Positions 9,879 to 18,929 of a stretch of 64,000 nucleotides of DNA are shown here, piece after piece (the stretch's first letter is position 1; each line of letters starts with the position of its first letter). The stretch spans positions 47,885 to 111,884 of the forward strand of contig SHYB01000001.1 of NCBI GenBank assembly GCA_009693015.1, written 5' to 3'. Origin of the DNA: Dehalococcoidia bacterium (GTDB taxonomy: Bacteria > Chloroflexota > Dehalococcoidia > SHYB01). The position numbers and the translations under genes are program-made. A model generated the notes under the pieces. That model was not told where the DNA came from and made no database searches. It was given only the letters and a program-made list of their open reading frames with translations.

Positions 9879-9938
9879 CCATGCCGTACGCAGATCCAAG
9901 CGGGATGCGGGCGTATTATGACCAGGCGAACGCTGACC

Positions 9939-10754
9939 ATGCCGTACGCTGAGCTAGGCGGAGTGCGGACGTACTATGAGCAGGCCGGCGCGGGCCATGT
10001 CGTGGTGCTGGTTCACGGCGGCTGCGTGGACCGGCGGACCTGGGATTTTCAGATGGAGGCGATGGCGCGTTCCTACACCGTGTTGCGCTATGATCTGCGA
10101 GGGCATGGGCGATCTTCCGCGCCGCCGCAGGGGTACACCATCGGCGATTTTGCTGAGGACTTGCGCGGGCTGATTCAGCATATGGGGCTGGCAAAACCTT
10201 CGATCATGGGCCATTCGCTGGGAGGCTGTGTGGCGCTGGAGTATGCGATACGGCACCCCAAGGACGTGACCACGCTGCTGCTGGCGGATACGGGGTTGGA
10301 GGGCTTTCCCTGTGATGTGCCGATGGAGGAGCAGATGGCGCGGCGGCGCAGGCTGCTGGCGCGCTCCGGCGTGAGCGATTCCTTTGTGCGGGCGGTGATG
10401 AGCAGCCCGATCTTCGATGGGGTGCGAGGGCGTCCGGCGTTGCGGCAGCTGACGCAGGAAATGATCGCGGCGTGGTCGGGGGCCAACTGGCGCGACGAGA
10501 GCGCGGCGATCCTTCCGGCGCACCCGCAGGCGGGGCGCATCGCCGAGGCGGCCGCTCCGGCGCTGGTGCTGGTGGGGGAGCAGGACAGCGCCCGTGTCCA
10601 TGCCATCGCGCAGCGGCTCAGCGAGCAGCTTCGCGTGGTGCGCAAGGAGATCGTGCCGGAGGCGGGGCACATGGCGCCGATGGAGAACCCTGACGTGTTC
10701 AACGATATTGTCCTGGACTTTCTCGGCGGCGCGGTGGGCAAGGCGCTGGTGTAG
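9939..10754 (+). CDS. alpha/beta hydrolase
   Basis: HGG..GHSLGG nucleophile elbow, C-terminal His; alternative start 9918. Confidence 0.7.
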   Translation: MPYAELGGVRTYYEQAGAGHVVVLVHGGCVDRRTWDFQMEAMARSYTVLRYDLRGHGRSSAPPQGYTIGDFAEDLRGLIQHMGLAKPSIMGHSLGGCVALEYAIRHPKDVTTLLLADTGLEGFPCDVPMEEQMARRRRLLARSGVSDSFVRAVMSSPIFDGVRGRPALRQLTQEMIAAWSGANWRDESAAILPAHPQAGRIAEAAAPALVLVGEQDSARVHAIAQRLSEQLRVVRKEIVPEAGHMAPMENPDVFNDIVLDFLGGAVGKALV

Positions 10755-10783
10755 CAGCAGACCATCAGCGGGAGGACACAGCG

Positions 10784-11953
10784 ATGCGATTCGCATTCAC
10801 CCCGGAGCAAGAGGTTTTCCGGCAGGAGATTCGAGATTTCCTGCGCGACAGCATACCGCCGGAGGATGACGGCGCCGACGACGGCGAGCCTTCCGAGGGC
10901 CGCGCGTCGAAGGAGTTTTCCCAGCGCCTTGCCGCGAAGGGGTGGATCGGCCTGGCGTGGCCCAAGGAGCACGGCGGCAAGGGCATGGGCTACATCGAGC
11001 GGTTCGTGTACCAGGAGGAGATGACCTTCGGGCGCGCGCCGATGGGCCACCATCAGACGGCGGAGCGGCAGATGGGGCCGAGCATCATCCTGGATGGCAA
11101 CGACTATCAGAAGAAGACCTATCTTCCCGCCATCGCCCGCGGTGAGTTGTCCATCTGCATCGGCTACAGCGAGCCCAACTCTGGGTCAGACCTGGCGAGC
11201 CTCTCCACTCGCGCCGTGGCGGATGGCGACGATTTTGTGATCACGGGGCACAAGATTTGGATCAGCAACGCCCATGTGAACGACTACATCTGGCTCGCGG
11301 CGCGCACGAACGCTGATGCCCCGAAGCACAAGGGCATCAGCGTGTTCATGGTCCCCGTAGACGCTCCCGGCGTGACCGTCAAGCCGATCTGGACGATGGC
11401 CGGCAGCCGCCTCAATGAGGTGTTCTTCGATAACGTGCGCGTGAACCGCCGCGAGATGGTCGGCGAGCAGGACCGCGGCTGGTACGTGGTGGCGGCCAAC
11501 CTCGATTTCGAGCGGTCGGGGATCGAGCGCGTGGCGCTCAACCTCTCGCTGTTTGAGGAGATCGCCCGCTTCGCCCGCGTCACGCAGCGTGGCGGCAAGC
11601 CGCTGCTCGCGGACCCCATCGTCGCCGGCAAGCTTGCGGAGATCGCCATCCTGTTCCAAGTGGGACGCCGCCTGGCCTACCGCGTCTCCTGGCTGCAGAG
11701 CCAGGGAAAGACGCCCAACTACGAGGCGTCGGTATCGAAAGTCTTCGGCACGGAGATTTCGCAGCGCGTGGCGAAGGTCGGCATGGAGCTGATGGGGCAC
11801 TATGGACAAATTGGGGAAGGATCGCCGTGGGCCAAGCTGCGGGGGTATGTGCAGCGCACCTATCTACTCAGCGTGTCCGACACGATCCGCGGCGGCACGT
11901 CAGAGGTGCAGCGCAATATCGTGGCGCAACGCGGGCTAGGGTTGCCGCGCTAG
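10784..11953 (+). CDS. acyl-CoA dehydrogenase family protein
   Basis: 389 aa; ACAD N/middle/C domain pattern (GxSE.NSGSD, catalytic-region signatures). Confidence 0.8.
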   Translation: MRFAFTPEQEVFRQEIRDFLRDSIPPEDDGADDGEPSEGRASKEFSQRLAAKGWIGLAWPKEHGGKGMGYIERFVYQEEMTFGRAPMGHHQTAERQMGPSIILDGNDYQKKTYLPAIARGELSICIGYSEPNSGSDLASLSTRAVADGDDFVITGHKIWISNAHVNDYIWLAARTNADAPKHKGISVFMVPVDAPGVTVKPIWTMAGSRLNEVFFDNVRVNRREMVGEQDRGWYVVAANLDFERSGIERVALNLSLFEEIARFARVTQRGGKPLLADPIVAGKLAEIAILFQVGRRLAYRVSWLQSQGKTPNYEASVSKVFGTEISQRVAKVGMELMGHYGQIGEGSPWAKLRGYVQRTYLLSVSDTIRGGTSEVQRNIVAQRGLGLPR

Positions 11954-12025
11954 CTGCGCGGCCTTCCCCCCTATCCCCCCACCGCCGCGCCTGATTTTTG
12001 GGCCTGCCGGTTATTCGCCGCCGCG

Positions 12026-12490
12026 CTAGCTTGCTTTTACCGCCGCCAGCACGTCCGCGCCGTGGCTGTCCACGCTGACCTTGGGCCAGAACTTGGCGAT
12101 ACGCCCTTTTTCGTCGAGCAGATAGGTGATGCGCTTCATGCCCATAACCTTCCTGCCGTACATCACCTTTTCACCCCACGCGCCGTAGGCCTCAGACATG
12201 GCGTGGTCTTCATCGGACAAGAGTGTGAAGTTCAGCTTGTGCTTGCCGATGAAGCTCTCGTGTGACTTCAAGCTGTCGCGGCTGACGCCCAGCACCACGA
12301 CGCCGGCCTTTTTGAGCGCATCGTTGTGATCGCGCAGGCTGCACGCCTCGCGAGTGCAGCCGGGAGTGTTGTCCTTGGGGTAGAAATAGAGCACGACCTT
12401 TTTGCCCGCCAGGCCTTTCAGCGAGACCTGGGAGCCATCGGACGCGGGCAGGGTGAAGTCGGGGGCCTTATCGCCCACATCGAGCGTCAT
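12026..12490 (-). CDS. bcp: thiol peroxidase / peroxiredoxin Bcp
   Basis: 154 aa; TPGCT peroxidatic Cys motif, AhpC/TSA fold. Confidence 0.85.
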   Translation of the reverse strand: MTLDVGDKAPDFTLPASDGSQVSLKGLAGKKVVLYFYPKDNTPGCTREACSLRDHNDALKKAGVVVLGVSRDSLKSHESFIGKHKLNFTLLSDEDHAMSEAYGAWGEKVMYGRKVMGMKRITYLLDEKGRIAKFWPKVSVDSHGADVLAAVKAS

Positions 12491-12585
12491 GGTGCTATTT
12501 ATCCTGATAGGGCAAAATGCAAGCTGCTAGCGCGCTATGATAGCACGGACACGGTGGTGAAACTTCATGCATGCGGGAGGTGGTG

Positions 12586-12969
12586 ATGGATAGATCGTTT
12601 CTCAACCCTGTGGAACTGTATCAGCCAGGCACCTACAGTCAGGCGGTACGGGCGGGGAACACGCTCTACTGCGCCGGGGTGGTGGGCCTGGATGCGCAGG
12701 CCCGCTCTGTGGGCGATCGCCGCGCCCAGATCGAACGCGCCTATGAGAATCTCGTGGTGTTGCTCAAGGCGGGCGGGGCGACGCCGGCGGATCTGGTGAG
12801 CACGCGGGTGTACCTCACCCACGCATCGGACATCGCCCTGCACCGAGAGATACGGGCGCGCTATTTGACCGACCCTCCCACGCCGTACACGCAACTGGTG
12901 GTGCAGGCGTTGGGGCGCGAGGACCTCATCATCGAGATCGAGTGCATCGCGGTGCCGCGAGGCGGGTAA
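12586..12969 (+). CDS. RidA/YjgF family reactive-intermediate deaminase
   Basis: about 128 aa; YjgF-like pattern; start MDRSF preferred over upstream ATG. Confidence 0.65.
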   Translation: MDRSFLNPVELYQPGTYSQAVRAGNTLYCAGVVGLDAQARSVGDRRAQIERAYENLVVLLKAGGATPADLVSTRVYLTHASDIALHREIRARYLTDPPTPYTQLVVQALGREDLIIEIECIAVPRGG

Positions 12970-12984
12970 CCGGCGCGGCGCGGG

Positions 12985-13353
12985 CTACCCTTCCGTGAGA
13001 TTATCGAGCAGATCGAAGGTGAGGTCGCCCAGGCCGGTGACCTTGAACCCCATGGAGACCTTGTGCGGCCCCGGCTGCAACGTGTGGCCGTGGAGAGTGA
13101 TCGTCGCCTCGCGGTTCATCGCCAGCGTGGCGGGGCTTTCCTTGGTGACGGCGGTGAACATCACGCGCTTGCCATCCACGGTGTAGAAGGCGTGGTCCTG
13201 GGCGATCAGCGTCTCGTCCACGGTGACGGGGAGCAGGCCGATGGCGTAGCCGGAGCCGAGCGTATTCTTGAGCTTGAACTCGCAACCTTCGGGCGTGTTG
13301 CGCAGGCTGCCCTTGATGTACAGGCGCTTGAGAATGAAGGCGGGGACTTTCAT
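12985..13353 (-). CDS. hypothetical protein (last gene of the hpnE-coupled minus-strand string)
   Basis: 122 aa ORF, good coding statistics, 57 nt after aldolase gene; no family recognised. Confidence 0.4.
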   Translation of the reverse strand: MKVPAFILKRLYIKGSLRNTPEGCEFKLKNTLGSGYAIGLLPVTVDETLIAQDHAFYTVDGKRVMFTAVTKESPATLAMNREATITLHGHTLQPGPHKVSMGFKVTGLGDLTFDLLDNLTEG

Positions 13354-13410
13354 GAGAAGGGCCTCTTTTGTGGCGGGGTCGCTACAGACGGCGCGACGCA
13401 GCGGACGGCA

Positions 13411-14076
13411 TTAGTCTGCTTCTTGCCGGTGTGCCATCTTGTACAGTTCTTGTTCCGTCTCGATCACGTCGGCGGGGAGCTGGTGCACCTGGCCGATGGC
13501 GCGCGCCATCACATATATTTGGGCGCAGCGTTCCACCAGCTCGCACACCATAAGGGCTTCGCGCATGTCCTTGCCCACGCCGACCACGCCGTGGTTCGCC
13601 ATGAGGGTGGCGTTGCGATCGGCGATGGCGGCGGCGACGCTCGCCGCCAGTTCTTCGCTGCTGGGGAAGCCGTAGGCGGCGACACGCACCTCGCCGCCCA
13701 GATGCACGATCATTTCGTCGATCATGGGTGGCAGCTCCAGGCGGGCGACGGCGAGGGCGCTGGCGTAGATGGAGTGGGTATGCACCACAGCGCGCACATC
13801 GGCGCGGGCGCGATAGCAGGCGATGTGCATCATGCTTTCGATGGACGGGGTGTGGTCGCCTTCCACCACGTCGGCGTCGAAGGAAATGATGAGGATGTCG
13901 TCTTCCGACAGGCGGTCGTACTGCTTGCCGCTGCGGGTAATGGCGACGAGCTCATCGATCGGGCTGCCCACGCGGAGCGACACGTTGCCCGCAGTGCCGG
14001 CGACCAGCCCTTTGCGGGCGATCTCCCGGCCCGCTTCCACCACAGCGAGTTTTTCCGCGTGCCATCTGCTGGGCAT
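13411..14076 (-). CDS. class II aldolase/adducin family protein (fuculose-P aldolase / ribulose-5-P epimerase-like)
   Basis: His-rich metal site (HTHS..H), AraD/FucA-like N-terminus; start MPSRWHAEKLAV. Confidence 0.7.
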   Translation of the reverse strand: MPSRWHAEKLAVVEAGREIARKGLVAGTAGNVSLRVGSPIDELVAITRSGKQYDRLSEDDILIISFDADVVEGDHTPSIESMMHIACYRARADVRAVVHTHSIYASALAVARLELPPMIDEMIVHLGGEVRVAAYGFPSSEELAASVAAAIADRNATLMANHGVVGVGKDMREALMVCELVERCAQIYVMARAIGQVHQLPADVIETEQELYKMAHRQEAD

Positions 14077-14136
14077 ATCTCCCCTTGTGCGCAACAGCTT
14101 CGATTCTAGCATCGGCTCTGAGCCTGGCGCTACGGT

Positions 14137-15666
14137 CTACAGCGTATCGCGCACGGTGTCCAGGCCTTGGCCGGTGGCGACCCAGCGTTGGTAGAGGTCG
14201 CGGTACTCCAGGCTGCGCAGGGGGTCGGGGCGCAGGCGCGCGGGCCGCGGCGTCATGGCGGCAACGGCGCTAGCGAGATCGGCGTAGGCACCCGCGCCCA
14301 CGGCGGCGCACATCGCCGCGCCGAGGGCCGTCACCTCGTGGCGATGGTAGCGCAGTACTGCTGTTGCGGTGACGTCGGCGAGGATGCGGGAGAGCGTAGC
14401 GCCGCGGGCCATGCCGCCGCCAAAGTGCATCGCCGCCGGCGACGATCCGGTGATCTCCCGCAGCAGATCGAGGTTGGCGCGCACGGCGAAGGCAAAGTTT
14501 TCCAGCGCGGCGCGGAAGAGCTTGGCTGGCGTTGCCGGCGCGGCGGTGAGCGGCACGGGGAAGAGCAGGCCGCCCCAGCGCGGGCCGAGGTCGCGCATAT
14601 CGCCGGCGCGGGGGCCAAGGTAGGCCAGCACGCCGCCTGTGCCGGGGGCTTCGCGTGCCGCGAGGCGGTCAATGGCGGCGTCAGCGTCGTTGCCGGGCAC
14701 AGCGATGGTTTGAGCAATCCAGCGGTAGGCCGCGCCCGCCTCCGTGGCGTTCGCCTCGATCACGTAGCGGCTGGGGAGAAGGTGGCGGCTGCCCCAGGTG
14801 CGTGCGCTTGCGTCCAGGGTGTAGCTGCTGACGACGGCTTGCAGCGGCGCGCTCCATCCCGCGACGATTCCTACCTGGCCTGGTGTGGTGACGCCCATGC
14901 CCAGCAGGCCGCACTGGGTATCCGGCCCCGCGGCGATAACCGGGGTGCCGGTGGCAAGCCCGGTGGCCCGCGCCGCGGCAGGCGTGACCCCTCCAATGCG
15001 CCGGCCTGCGTCCACCAGCGGCGGCAGCAGCGACGCGGGCACGCCGAGGCGTGGCAGCAGGCCTGTGGCCCAGTCGTTAGCGGCAATATCCAGCAGGCCG
15101 ATTTCAGCGGCGGCGGCACGCTCCACGGCCAGTACGCCGGTGAGCATCCAGGCGGCCCAGGCATCGAGCGGCAAGACATGGCGGACGCGGACAAATATGT
15201 CAGGGCGGTTATCGCGGAACCAGGCGAGTTTGGCGGGGGCGAAGAGAAACGACGGCGCGTGTCCCGTCGTGCGATAGACGGCGTCGCCGTGGGCGTCATC
15301 GAGCGCTTGCCCGGAGAGGAAGGCGCGGGCGTCCGTGTTGGGGCCAAGATAGAGGGTATCCCCCTCAGCGCCTAGCAGCGCGATGCCTTCCCGCTGGCTG
15401 GTAACGGCTACGGCGGCGATGGCCGCGCCGCGCACGCCGGCATCGGCCATCGCATGGCGCACGGTGCGGGCGATGAGCCGCCACGAGCGCTGCGGGGGGT
15501 ACTCGGTGCCGTAGGGCGCAACGTCCGGCGGTGATAGGGGACGCCATGCGGATGAGGCGTGGCCGATGCTTCGGCCGCGACGGTCCACCACCACGCACTT
15601 GACGCTGCTGGAGCCGAGGTCAATGGCGAGGCAGAGCGGGCTAGCGTTGGGTGGCGGCGCGGCCAT
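14137..15666 (-). CDS. FGGY-family carbohydrate kinase
   Basis: 509 aa; N-terminal IDLGSSS actin-fold phosphate-1 motif, FGGY N and C domains; start overlaps upstream gene by 26 nt. Confidence 0.75.
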   Translation of the reverse strand: MAAPPPNASPLCLAIDLGSSSVKCVVVDRRGRSIGHASSAWRPLSPPDVAPYGTEYPPQRSWRLIARTVRHAMADAGVRGAAIAAVAVTSQREGIALLGAEGDTLYLGPNTDARAFLSGQALDDAHGDAVYRTTGHAPSFLFAPAKLAWFRDNRPDIFVRVRHVLPLDAWAAWMLTGVLAVERAAAAEIGLLDIAANDWATGLLPRLGVPASLLPPLVDAGRRIGGVTPAAARATGLATGTPVIAAGPDTQCGLLGMGVTTPGQVGIVAGWSAPLQAVVSSYTLDASARTWGSRHLLPSRYVIEANATEAGAAYRWIAQTIAVPGNDADAAIDRLAAREAPGTGGVLAYLGPRAGDMRDLGPRWGGLLFPVPLTAAPATPAKLFRAALENFAFAVRANLDLLREITGSSPAAMHFGGGMARGATLSRILADVTATAVLRYHRHEVTALGAAMCAAVGAGAYADLASAVAAMTPRPARLRPDPLRSLEYRDLYQRWVATGQGLDTVRDTL

Positions 15667-16669
15667 GTCGCTCCTGCCATGTTGCCCATGCTGCGGCGTT
15701 CACTAGGCGGCGCGGCTGCTTGCCGTCCAGCGCCAGCAGGATATCCTCGCTGATCATTGCCGACTGGCGCAGTACAGTCTCCGCGGTGGCCCCGCCCATG
15801 TGCGGCGTGAGGAGGACGTTGTCCAGGGCCAGCAAGGGGCTGCTCTCCGGGAGCGGCTGGCCCTCGAACACGTCCAGCGCCGCGCCGGCGATGCGATGCG
15901 CCGCCAGCGCGGCGATCAGCGCTTGCTCGTCCACCACGCCGGCCGCGGACGTATTGACGAGGCGCGCCATGGGCTTCATGCGAGCCAGCTGAGCCTCCCC
16001 GATCAAGCCCATCGTGGCCTCGGCAGCCGCGGCGTGGATGAGCACATAGTCGGAATCGGCGAGCAAGCGGTCGAGGTCCGTGAGCGACACGCCGCTCTTT
16101 GCGGCTTGCTCCGCGCTGACGAACGGGTCGTGGGCGATGACGCGCATATCGAACGCGCGCAGGCGCTGGGCGACGAGCCGCCCGATGGCGCCAAGGCCGA
16201 TGATGCCTGCGGTCTTGCCGGCAAGCTCGACGCCGCGGAACTGGGTGTAGCCCGCCACGGGGTCCTGCCAGCGCCGCTCCACGATGTGCCGGTGCGCCGC
16301 GGCGATGGGCCGCGCCAGCCCCAGCATCAGGCCGATGGTGAGCTCGGCGACGGCCATCGCATTGCGCCCCAGCGCGTTGACCACCAGGATGCCGCGCTGC
16401 GTGGCGGCGTCCAGATCGATGTGGTTGAGCGCGTTGCGGCACACGCCGATCATTTCCAGGAGCGGCGCTTGCTGCATCACATCCTCGAACACGAAGTCCG
16501 CCTCTACGACGAGGTAGCTGGTCTGGTCGTCACGCAGCCGCCGCGCCAGCACGGCGGGATCGTGCAGCTCGCCCGTATCCAGCCAGCTTTCGTGGGTGAC
16601 GCGGAGGCGCTGCCGCAGCCGCGCCAGGCAGTCGCCATCGAACGGGGCGAGGACCAGCGCGTGTTTCAT
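15641..16669 (-). CDS. D-isomer-specific 2-hydroxyacid dehydrogenase family NAD(P)-dependent oxidoreductase
   Basis: 342 aa; GLGAIGRLVAQR Rossmann motif; catalytic R/E/H arrangement; start ATG overlaps hpnE stop (ATGA). Confidence 0.75.
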   Translation of the reverse strand: MKHALVLAPFDGDCLARLRQRLRVTHESWLDTGELHDPAVLARRLRDDQTSYLVVEADFVFEDVMQQAPLLEMIGVCRNALNHIDLDAATQRGILVVNALGRNAMAVAELTIGLMLGLARPIAAAHRHIVERRWQDPVAGYTQFRGVELAGKTAGIIGLGAIGRLVAQRLRAFDMRVIAHDPFVSAEQAAKSGVSLTDLDRLLADSDYVLIHAAAAEATMGLIGEAQLARMKPMARLVNTSAAGVVDEQALIAALAAHRIAGAALDVFEGQPLPESSPLLALDNVLLTPHMGGATAETVLRQSAMISEDILLALDGKQPRRLVNAAAWATWQERHGRAATQR

Positions 16670-18063
16670 GGCTTGCGCGCAACCTCATGAGCCTTGCCGG
16701 CGACCTCGCGGGCGCACAGCACGCCGCTGCGCACCGCGCTTTCCATGGTGGAGGGCCAGCCGGTGTCCGTCCATTCGCCGGCGAGAAAGAGATTGGGCAC
16801 CGGCGTGCGCTGCGGCAGGCGTCCCGCGGCGGCGCCGGGGCTGGGGCGGAAGGTGGCGTGCCGCTCTTTGACGATGACGCACCGCGTGACGGCGGCCCCC
16901 TGGGCGCGGGGCAACAGGCGCGGCATCTCTTCCACGAACTTCGCGCGGATTTCATCCTTGGGCATGTCGATGAACTTGTGTGCTCCGCTGAGAGAGACGG
17001 CGATGTACTGGCCGTGGCCCGACGTATCCCCGAGGATCAGGCTCTTGTTGAACACCCAGTGCGCGTCGCTGTCAGGGAACGCGGCGAAGGCGTGCACCAT
17101 CACCGGGCGGTCGTACCACAAGTGCACGTTGACGATGGGCGACATGGCGAGCTTGGCGGCGCGGCGAAAGAAATCGTCGCGGCGCAGCGGCTCCGGCAGG
17201 AGGTCCGCCATCTCGCGCGGCGGGACGGCGAGCACGTAGGCGTCAGCGTGCATGACGCCGTGCTGGTGGATGCGCAGGCGGGTGATGCCCGCGCCATCGC
17301 CATCGAGCTGTTCGGCGTGGTGATCGAGCAGCACAGCGCCGCCGCGCGCTTCAATGTAGCGCTGCGCTTCTTGGTACAGCAGATTGGAGAGGCCGACGCT
17401 GGCGTAGCCGATGTCCGCGCCGTGGACGGTGGCGAGGAAGCCTTCCTGGAACACCATGATCGCTTGGGCGGCGCTGACGCGGCGAGGTTCATCGTTGAGC
17501 GTGGGCAGGATGACGAAGTTCCAGAAACGGTCAATGGCGGTGTCGCGCTGGCCGTGGGCCTTGAGCCAGTCGTAGAAGGAGACGTTGTCCAGGCGGTCGC
17601 GGCTGCGGTGGGACATGAGGCGCATGCGTGCCGAGGCCCAGGCCACGCGCATGCGGTCGCCGAACGAGAGGTGATGGTAGCGCAGCAGCGCGGGCGCAAG
17701 GTGCAGCGGCGGGGGCCAGAGCGGGGCGCTGTAGAGATCGGCGCGGCGCTGGCGGGCGTTGATCACGGGCACGCGCATGCGGCGCTGCATCGTGGTCTTG
17801 TGGGCGACACCGAGCTTATCCAGCAGGCCGGTGTAGGAGGTACAGCACTTCATGAAAACGTGCTGGCCGTTATCAATTTCCCGGTTACTTTCTTTATCGG
17901 TGAACGAGTAGACGCGCCCGCCGAGGTAGGGGCGGCGCTCCAGCAGGCGCACCTTCCAGCCCAGGCCGGCCAGTTCCATGGCGGCGGCGATGCCCGCCAG
18001 TCCGCCGCCGACGATGATGGCCTGCCGCGACGCTAGGCTTTCCCCAGCTTGGTTTTGAGCCAA
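16666..18063 (-). CDS. hpnE: hydroxysqualene dehydroxylase (squalene-associated FAD-dependent desaturase)
   Basis: 465 aa; IIVGGGLAGIAAA FAD motif, amine-oxidase fold, position after hpnC/hpnD. Confidence 0.8.
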   Translation of the reverse strand: MAQNQAGESLASRQAIIVGGGLAGIAAAMELAGLGWKVRLLERRPYLGGRVYSFTDKESNREIDNGQHVFMKCCTSYTGLLDKLGVAHKTTMQRRMRVPVINARQRRADLYSAPLWPPPLHLAPALLRYHHLSFGDRMRVAWASARMRLMSHRSRDRLDNVSFYDWLKAHGQRDTAIDRFWNFVILPTLNDEPRRVSAAQAIMVFQEGFLATVHGADIGYASVGLSNLLYQEAQRYIEARGGAVLLDHHAEQLDGDGAGITRLRIHQHGVMHADAYVLAVPPREMADLLPEPLRRDDFFRRAAKLAMSPIVNVHLWYDRPVMVHAFAAFPDSDAHWVFNKSLILGDTSGHGQYIAVSLSGAHKFIDMPKDEIRAKFVEEMPRLLPRAQGAAVTRCVIVKERHATFRPSPGAAAGRLPQRTPVPNLFLAGEWTDTGWPSTMESAVRSGVLCAREVAGKAHEVARKP

Positions 18064-18929
18064 ATTGTTCCCACCAGATAGAGTTTCTTGGATGTGGACA
18101 GGCGCACGCGCTCCTGGTGCACATTGTACCCTTGCTGCTCCATGCGGGTCAGCAGGGAGCTGTAGAGACCCTGGAGGGTGGCGGGGCAGACGCGGGTGCG
18201 GCGCGGCACCAGCGGCAGCAGCTTCGCTCCGCTGGCGAAGTACCCGCGGGCGCGGGCCGCCTGGAATCGCATGAGCGGGAGAAATCGCTCGTCCATCACG
18301 CCGTACCGCAGGTCGTCCTCGTAGTACTCGAAGCGGGCGAGCTCATCCAGCGGCAGGTAGACGCGGTCGCGTTCGATGTCTTCCTTCACGTCGCGCATGA
18401 TGTTGACCAGCTGCATGGCGATCCCTAGGTCAACGGCGTACTCCTTGGCCTTGGGGTCGGTGTAGCCGAAGATTTCCAGGCAAATCAGCCCGACTACGGA
18501 CGCGACGTGGTAGCAGTAGTCGCGCAGGCTGTCGAACGTCTGGTAGCGGCGCACGGTGAGGTCCATGACCACGCCGTCCAGGAGATCGTCAAAGTGCTGG
18601 CGGGGGATGCGGTAGGTGCGCACGACATCAGCGAGGGCGGTGAACACGGGGCCTTCGGGGTTGCCGGCGTAGCAGTCGTGGAGGCGCCGGCGCTGTTGGT
18701 CAAGCAACGCCTGCTTCTGCTCCAGGGGAATGGGTTCGTCGGCGTAGTCGTCGCAGGCGCGGCTGAAGGCGTAGACGGCGTAGATGGCCTGGCGCTGGCG
18801 CTGGGGCAAGGGCAGGAAGGCGAAGTAAAAGTTGCGCGCCTGCGTGCGGGCGATCTGCCGGCAGTGGCGGTAGGCCGCTTGCAGCGCCGCGGCGTCTGCG
18901 CCCACGGCGCCGCTACCTGCCGCGTACAC
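18033..18929 (-). CDS. hpnD: presqualene diphosphate synthase (squalene synthase family)
   Basis: 298 aa; trans-IPPS head-to-head fold, DDYADE Asp-rich motif; HpnC/HpnD assignment is by gene order. Confidence 0.7.
   Translation of the reverse strand: MYAAGSGAVGADAAALQAAYRHCRQIARTQARNFYFAFLPLPQRQRQAIYAVYAFSRACDDYADEPIPLEQKQALLDQQRRRLHDCYAGNPEGPVFTALADVVRTYRIPRQHFDDLLDGVVMDLTVRRYQTFDSLRDYCYHVASVVGLICLEIFGYTDPKAKEYAVDLGIAMQLVNIMRDVKEDIERDRVYLPLDELARFEYYEDDLRYGVMDERFLPLMRFQAARARGYFASGAKLLPLVPRRTRVCPATLQGLYSSLLTRMEQQGYNVHQERVRLSTSKKLYLVGTIWLKTKLGKA

Noticed and set aside
16687-18036. 449-aa plus-strand ORF
   Set aside because: Antisense to hpnE; low-complexity Ala/Gly/Arg-rich translation.
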